From Flavobacteriaceae bacterium (GTDB lineage: Bacteria; Bacteroidota; Bacteroidia; Flavobacteriales; Flavobacteriaceae), in the NCBI GenBank assembly GCA_002707745.1, contig PANU01000022.1, forward strand, positions 3,920 to 67,919: a DNA stretch of 64,000 bases, read 5' to 3'. The translations under genes and the position numbers were made by a program. A model generated the notes under the pieces. That model worked only from the letters and a program-made list of their open reading frames with translations, had not been told where the DNA came from and made no database searches. Shown in pieces: positions 58,755 through 64,000 of the stretch; position 1 is the stretch's first letter, and the number at the start of each line of letters is the position of its first letter.

Positions 58755-58853
58755 ATTTATTAAATTAAGGTGAATACTATTTTTTGTGCTAGTACAGCAA
58801 ATACAAATGCTTTAAAAAGGTTATAATAGTAACTAGTTTGCACCAATAAAAAA

Positions 58854-58871
58854 ATACCCGCTACTGGGTAT
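58854..58871. promoter_or_regulatory. ATACCC-N6-GGGTAT box 4
   Basis: ATACCC-GCTACT-GGGTAT about 100 bp upstream of the 207-aa gene. Confidence 0.7.
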
Positions 58872-59017
58872 ATTGGGGTAAAATTTAAAGGATTTCTTTT
58901 TACGTTAGTAACCCATATAAAATTCGGAAATTGAAGTTATATGCTACCAATATAGCAGGAAGTATTTGTATTTACAAATTGTTGTAAACCAAAGTTTGTT
59001 GTATGAAACGAAAGATT

Positions 59018-59206
59018 TTATTTTTTTAATAGCAACTTAGCAAGCAACAACAGCAGGAAAAAGACAATAAATCCTACCAACACCCAGACATTTCCTTTGT
59101 AGTATTTTTTATGTAGTTTTTTATCCTTTCGATAGCTTATAGCAACAATAATAACAAAGGCAATAAAAAAACAAATAGCAAAAACAAGTTGTCCGGTCGA
59201 GATCAT
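59018..59206 (-). CDS. Small two-TM membrane protein
   Basis: STGQLVFAICF..SYRKDKKLHKKYYKG, a pattern recalled from Flavobacteriaceae. Confidence 0.75.
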   Translation of the reverse strand: MISTGQLVFAICFFIAFVIIVAISYRKDKKLHKKYYKGNVWVLVGFIVFFLLLLLAKLLLKK

Positions 59207-59330
59207 TTCAGTAAGAAATTTTAAGCTGCAAAAATACAGTATCTGTGAAGAATCTGGTTAAAAAGTTTCCAAGAAATAACCGAACGGTACCATAGTATTT
59301 CTATATTTTTACCAAATCACAAACCTTAGT

Positions 59331-59720
59331 ATGAAAAATAAAATTGATGCAGTACACCAGTTTCACACCGCATTTGGACTGGGAATTAAAGAAACCCCAA
59401 CGGCAGATCTGGGAATAAAAAAAAACCTGCTGCGGTACGAACTAATGCGTGAAGAAAATGAGGAATACCTGGAGGCAGCCAACACAAACGACCTTGTTGA
59501 AGTGGCCGACGCTCTGGGAGACATGTTGTACATACTCTGCGGAACGATTATAGAACACGGGATGCAACACAAAATTGAAGAAGTATTTAATGAAATACAG
59601 CGAAGCAATATGAGTAAGCTGGGCGCAGATGGGAAACCTATTTACCGTAAAGACGGAAAAGTATTAAAAGGCCCGAACTATTTTAAGCCTAACATTCAGG
59701 AAATCCTGGATAAAGAATAA
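59331..59720 (+). CDS. Nucleoside triphosphate pyrophosphohydrolase (MazG-like, PRA-PH family)
   Basis: LMREENEEY, EVADALGD, SNMSK, DGKVLKG. Confidence 0.9.
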   Translation: MKNKIDAVHQFHTAFGLGIKETPTADLGIKKNLLRYELMREENEEYLEAANTNDLVEVADALGDMLYILCGTIIEHGMQHKIEEVFNEIQRSNMSKLGADGKPIYRKDGKVLKGPNYFKPNIQEILDKE

Positions 59721-59753
59721 GTAACGCCAACTTTTGCAACCAGATACAACAAC

Positions 59754-60821
59754 TTAACCTATTGGATACCGCCAGTTAAAAGGATCTTCAGAACGGTTGT
59801 ATTGAATGTCCATTAATTCTTTTTTAAATCGGCTAGCATAACTATCGGTTTGTTTTTCCAGCTCAAATAGTTCATCGTCATAGGCAAAAGCACTAACAGG
59901 GCTAATGACTGCCGCGGTACCACTTCCAAAAATTTCTTTTAAAGCGCCTGCTTTAGAAGCTTCAACCAATTCGGCTACAGTAAGGCGTCTTACATCGGTT
60001 GGTATCCCATCGTGTTCGGCAAGAGCCAGTACACTTTTTCTGGTAACACCGTCTAAAATTCTATCGCTGGTTGGAGCCGTAATAAGGGTGTCGTTTATTC
60101 TAAAAAAAACATTCATGGTGCCTGCTTCTTCCAGGTATTTATGTTCGTTGGAGTCGGTCCAGATTACCTGCTGGAATCCTTTTTCCCGGGCCAAGTTGGT
60201 TGGAAAAAATTGTGCGCCATAATTTCCGGCAGCTTTTGCAGCACCCACACCACCGTCTGCAGATCGGCTGTATTTTTGAGCAATAGTAACTCTTACATCG
60301 CCTGTATAGTAGGCTTTTACCGGAGACATAAGAATCATAAACTTATACTCGTCGGCTGGCGAGGCAGAAACACCTACTTGTGTTGCCATAGCAAACGGAC
60401 GGATATACAGCGAATTTCCTAATCCTCCTTGCACCCAGTCTTTGTCCAGGGCAATTAATTTGTGGAGCGCTTCAAAAAATAATTCACGTGGAAATTCCGG
60501 AATTGCCATTCTTTTGGAAGACTTGTTTATGCGCTCAAAATTTTCTTCGGGTCTGAATAAAAATATACCCCCGTTTTCATCCTTAAAAGCTTTCATGCCT
60601 TCAAAAACAGCCTGCCCATAGTGAAACACCTTGGCCGCTGGTGAAATACTTAAGTTCCCGTAAGGAACAATTGTAGCATCTTGCCAGACTCCATTTTTAA
60701 AATCGCACATAAACATGTGGTCCGTAAACGTACTTCCAAAAGCAAGCTTGTTAAAATCTATACCTGGCAACCTGGAGTTGGTAACTTGTTTTACGGTAAT
60801 GTGTTCTGTATTTGTATTCAT
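59754..60821 (-). CDS. ilvE: Branched-chain amino acid aminotransferase
   Basis: HYGQAVFEGMKA, LYIRP, KAAGNY, EAGTMN, ILDGVTR, GTAA. Confidence 0.96.
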   Translation of the reverse strand: MNTNTEHITVKQVTNSRLPGIDFNKLAFGSTFTDHMFMCDFKNGVWQDATIVPYGNLSISPAAKVFHYGQAVFEGMKAFKDENGGIFLFRPEENFERINKSSKRMAIPEFPRELFFEALHKLIALDKDWVQGGLGNSLYIRPFAMATQVGVSASPADEYKFMILMSPVKAYYTGDVRVTIAQKYSRSADGGVGAAKAAGNYGAQFFPTNLAREKGFQQVIWTDSNEHKYLEEAGTMNVFFRINDTLITAPTSDRILDGVTRKSVLALAEHDGIPTDVRRLTVAELVEASKAGALKEIFGSGTAAVISPVSAFAYDDELFELEKQTDSYASRFKKELMDIQYNRSEDPFNWRYPIG

Positions 60822-60934
60822 GAAAGGTACGGTAGTTAAGTGGTAAAATTAACAAAAATATACTCGTAAAAAAATCCAAAAATTTCATAATTTTACAGTA
60901 TCTTATTAGACAATACCTTAAATAAATTTTCAAG

Positions 60935-61462
60935 ATGAAGAATATTGCTTTTGCGTTGTTATTTGCCACGGTTTTAGTTGCTTGTAACTCAAATGGAAAA
61001 AAAACCGAAACTGAAATAGAAACAGAAGTGTCCAAAGAAAATGTTTCTGAAGAACTGGCCTATCAGTATTTTGGTGATAAAATAACCGATAAAGATGCTC
61101 TTTCCAAAGAAGAAATGTACGAGAAGTATAAAAACTTAAAGCCTGGAGATACTGCTGAGGTAAAATTTATTGCCAAGGTAAATAGTGTTTGCCAGAGTAA
61201 AGGATGTTGGATGCGCCTAGATATGGGCGAAGAAGAAGCTATGATTAAATTTAAGGATTACGGGTTCTTTATGCCAAAAGACATAGCTGGAGATGAGGTG
61301 ATTGTTCACGGAAAAGCTTTTGTAGACGAAATGAGCGTAGAAGACCAACGCCACTTTGCCGAAGATGCAGGAAAATCTGAAGAAGAAATTGCCGCCATTA
61401 CCGCACCCAAAAAAACGCTCTCATTTACTGCAGACGGGGTATTGCTGGCAGAAAAACAATAA
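60935..61462 (+). CDS. DUF4920 lipoprotein
   Basis: VAC lipobox, VCQSKGCWM, FKDYGFFMP. Confidence 0.9.
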   Translation: MKNIAFALLFATVLVACNSNGKKTETEIETEVSKENVSEELAYQYFGDKITDKDALSKEEMYEKYKNLKPGDTAEVKFIAKVNSVCQSKGCWMRLDMGEEEAMIKFKDYGFFMPKDIAGDEVIVHGKAFVDEMSVEDQRHFAEDAGKSEEEIAAITAPKKTLSFTADGVLLAEKQ

Positions 61463-61465
61463 TAT

Positions 61466-62137
61466 TTGAAACGTGAATTTCTTGTTACGGGAGACGGTTC
61501 GGTGACAATCCATTTGCCAGACTGGGGAGAGCAATATCACTCCAGACACGGTGCCATAGCCGAAGCGGAACACGTTTATATTAAAGCCGGACTTCAATAT
61601 GTTGCAGCGAAGCATCCTGCTGCTGAAATTTCTATATTGGAAATTGGTTTTGGAACGGGTTTAAATGCGTTGCTTACAGTTTCAGAAACTGAAACGTTAG
61701 CATTGTCGTGTACTTATACGGGAGTAGAAGCCTATCCTGTTTCAGCAGAAGAAATCCAAAAGCTTAATTATCCTGAAAAAACAGGGATTTCAACAAATCT
61801 TTTTGCGCAGCTACACAGCGTACCCTGGGAAAAGATAATTAATATTACCAATCGTTTTTCACTACTTAAGCGTCATTTGTTTTTTTCTGAAATTTCAGAA
61901 GAAAACGCGTACAATCTTATTTATTTTGATGCATTTGGTGCCCGTGTGCAACCTGAACTATGGACTGAAACTATTTTTTACAAAATGTATGCTGCATTAA
62001 AAAAAGACGGCGTTTTGGTTACCTATGCTGCAAAAGGGAGTGTGCGGCGAGCTATGCAAGCTGTTGGTTTTACCGTAGAACGCTTGCCTGGACCTCCGGG
62101 AAAAAGAGAAATGCTAAGAGCTACTAAAACTGCTTAG
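61466..62137 (+). CDS. mnmD: tRNA mnm5s2U34 methyltransferase (stand-alone MnmC methyltransferase domain)
   Basis: YHSRHGA, EIGFGTGLN, YFDAF..PELW, GKREM. Confidence 0.9.
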   Translation: MKREFLVTGDGSVTIHLPDWGEQYHSRHGAIAEAEHVYIKAGLQYVAAKHPAAEISILEIGFGTGLNALLTVSETETLALSCTYTGVEAYPVSAEEIQKLNYPEKTGISTNLFAQLHSVPWEKIINITNRFSLLKRHLFFSEISEENAYNLIYFDAFGARVQPELWTETIFYKMYAALKKDGVLVTYAAKGSVRRAMQAVGFTVERLPGPPGKREMLRATKTA

Positions 62138-62310
62138 CATTTTAGTTTTTACTTTAATGCTATAAGTTTTAAGTCTAATTTAAGATCTACAGCTTAAAAC
62201 AGTCAACCTTCAACCCAAACCCTTCTCTATTAAAGTTGCGTTAATCCCTGTTGTTTTCCAAAAGCAACCTTGTATCTTTAAGTTGCTATGAATTTAAGAA
62301 GAAAGAGAAG

Positions 62311-63213
62311 ATGAAGATATTAATTACTGGAGCCACCGGTCTCATTGGGACACAGCTTACCAAGTACTGTCTTGAAGGAGGAATACACGTAAATTACCTT
62401 ACCACAAGCAAAAATAAAATTGAAGACCTTCCCAACTACAAGGGGTTTTACTGGAACCCCGAAACAGGTGAAATAGATGTAAATGCCTTTACAAATGTTA
62501 TTGCTATAGTTAACCTGGTAGGTGCTACTATTTCAAAAAAATGGACTAAAAATTATAAGAAAACAATTTTAGAGAGTAGAACTCAAACAGCTAACCTGCT
62601 ATTTAATACCCTTAAAGATATAGATCATACAATTTTACATTTTATTTCAGCAAGTGGTGTGAGTATATACCCAAGCGATACATCAAAACTATATACTGAA
62701 GAAAATACTGAGGTCTCACGATCTTTTTTAGGGGAAGTTGTACTTGCCTGGGAAGCCGCAGCAGATCAGTTTGAAACGCTTGGGATGCGGGTGGCTAAAA
62801 TCAGAACCGGGGTTGTGTTTGCCAAAGAGGAAGGAGCCTTTCAAAAAATAAAAGATCCCATAGAAAAAGGGATGGGCGCACCATTAGCTTCCGGAGACCA
62901 ATGGATCTCTTGGATTCACCTACAAGATATAGCAGGTATATATATACACGTGCTTAAAAATGGATTGGAAGGGGTGTACAATGCGGTTGCACCTAATCCG
63001 GTTACCAATAAAAATTTAACCTTTAAAATAGCATCTGCTCTTGGTAAGAATATTTGGTTGCCCAACGTTCCTGCCTGGGTTTTAAAGTTAGTTTTAGGTG
63101 AAAGGGCATCACTGGTACTGGAAAGTCAAATGGTAAGTTGTAAAAAAATTGAAACAACTGGATACAAATTTATGTTTGTAAATGTAAATTACGCCATCAA
63201 AAAATTGACATAA
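62311..63213 (+). CDS. TIGR01777 family NAD-dependent epimerase/oxidoreductase
   Basis: ITGATGLIG, ESR, RTGVV, QWISWIH, YNAVAP; ATG at 62311 preferred. Confidence 0.92.
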   Translation: MKILITGATGLIGTQLTKYCLEGGIHVNYLTTSKNKIEDLPNYKGFYWNPETGEIDVNAFTNVIAIVNLVGATISKKWTKNYKKTILESRTQTANLLFNTLKDIDHTILHFISASGVSIYPSDTSKLYTEENTEVSRSFLGEVVLAWEAAADQFETLGMRVAKIRTGVVFAKEEGAFQKIKDPIEKGMGAPLASGDQWISWIHLQDIAGIYIHVLKNGLEGVYNAVAPNPVTNKNLTFKIASALGKNIWLPNVPAWVLKLVLGERASLVLESQMVSCKKIETTGYKFMFVNVNYAIKKLT

Positions 63214-63243
63214 AAAAAGCCGCGATATATTTCGCGGCCTTTA
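63212..63243. terminator. Terminator between convergent genes
   Basis: AAAAAAAGCCGCGA-loop-TCGCGGC. Confidence 0.75.
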
Positions 63244-63263
63244 ATAGCTTGTGTTTTAAAAAA

Positions 63264-63929
63264 TTACATTTTGGCAGCCTGTAAGGTAACTTGAAGTTGC
63301 ATGTCGTCGCTAATAAATTTATCTCCTAAATTATCAAAAACAGATTTAGAGCCGTAATTAACATCCCATTGGGTACGGTCTATTGTAAATTTTTCACTAT
63401 TTAAAGTCATGTTGTCACCTGCATAAGAAACAGCAGCCGGAAAAGAAACATTATTGGTTTTGTCTTTAATGGTTAAGTTACCCTTTATTATATTTTTTCC
63501 GTCAGTCATTTCAACTCCTGTAAGTTCAAAAGTAGCAGTAGGGTATTTGTTTACATTAAAAAAGTCGCCTTCTTTCCCTTCTACAGTACCCATAAGGTGT
63601 GCTTCCAGATTTTCTTTTCCATCACCCGCTTCCAGGTCTGTAACTTTAATACTATTCATATTAACTGTAAAGTTACCAGCTTCTATAGCTTTGTCGTTTA
63701 CCATAATTTCTCCGGTAACTAAGGAAATGGTTCCTGTATGAGTTCCCGTTGGTTTGCTTCCAGACCATTTAATAACAGATTTTTCGGTATTTACTTTATA
63801 AGTAGTTGCAGTGGCTTCAGCCTGGGCAACTTCTTCAGTTTCATTCTTTTTTTCTTTGGTTTCATTGCAAGAGGTAAATGCAAAAGCTGAACCTAATGCT
63901 ACAGCAAGTAAAAAGGTTATTTTTTTCAT
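63264..63929 (-). CDS. YceI family lipoprotein
   Basis: TSC lipobox, W.GSKPTGTHTG, HL..DFFNV.KYP, IDRTQW. Confidence 0.92.
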   Translation of the reverse strand: MKKITFLLAVALGSAFAFTSCNETKEKKNETEEVAQAEATATTYKVNTEKSVIKWSGSKPTGTHTGTISLVTGEIMVNDKAIEAGNFTVNMNSIKVTDLEAGDGKENLEAHLMGTVEGKEGDFFNVNKYPTATFELTGVEMTDGKNIIKGNLTIKDKTNNVSFPAAVSYAGDNMTLNSEKFTIDRTQWDVNYGSKSVFDNLGDKFISDDMQLQVTLQAAKM

Positions 63930-64000
63930 TTTATGTGATTTAAATTAAATTGAATTCAAAAGTAGTTGTTCAGAAGCTATTTCATCTTAAATTTTTATTA

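Noticed and set aside
3900-63741. Numerous 60-185 aa ORFs antisense to or nested in identified genes
   Set aside because: No motifs, and fully overlapped by well-supported CDSs

Overview
Chromosomal window of a Flavobacteriaceae (Bacteroidota) bacterium, judged from T9SS C-terminal sorting domains, TAnnTTTG promoter elements and the gene set. It is mostly housekeeping: rho (partial), truA, cdaA, folP, tpiA, prmA, clpS, tRNA-Arg(ACG), apt, GS-III, purM, prfA, pyrF, icmF, crcB, DPP-III, ilvE and mnmD. Accessory features worth follow-up are: (1) an AT-rich sce7726/sce7725/RES three-gene module with integron-cassette-like boundaries and no integrase in the window, a candidate NAD-targeting anti-phage system; (2) a curli (Csg) locus whose CsgH-like and CsgE parts are split by a -1 shift at an A10 / A-AAA-AAG tract; (3) a GIY-YIG mini-element flanked by a duplicated tRNA-Arg 5' end, whose ORF stops inside the tRNA; (4) a kinase/response-regulator/LuxR cluster with four ATACCC-N6-GGGTAT boxes, three at identical spacing from promoter elements; (5) a leader-peptide attenuator before an MFS gene; (6) two families of small palindromic elements, with copies in-frame inside protein genes, plus an 88-bp tandem hairpin array. 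All calls come from reading the sequence and recalled family knowledge; no searches were run.
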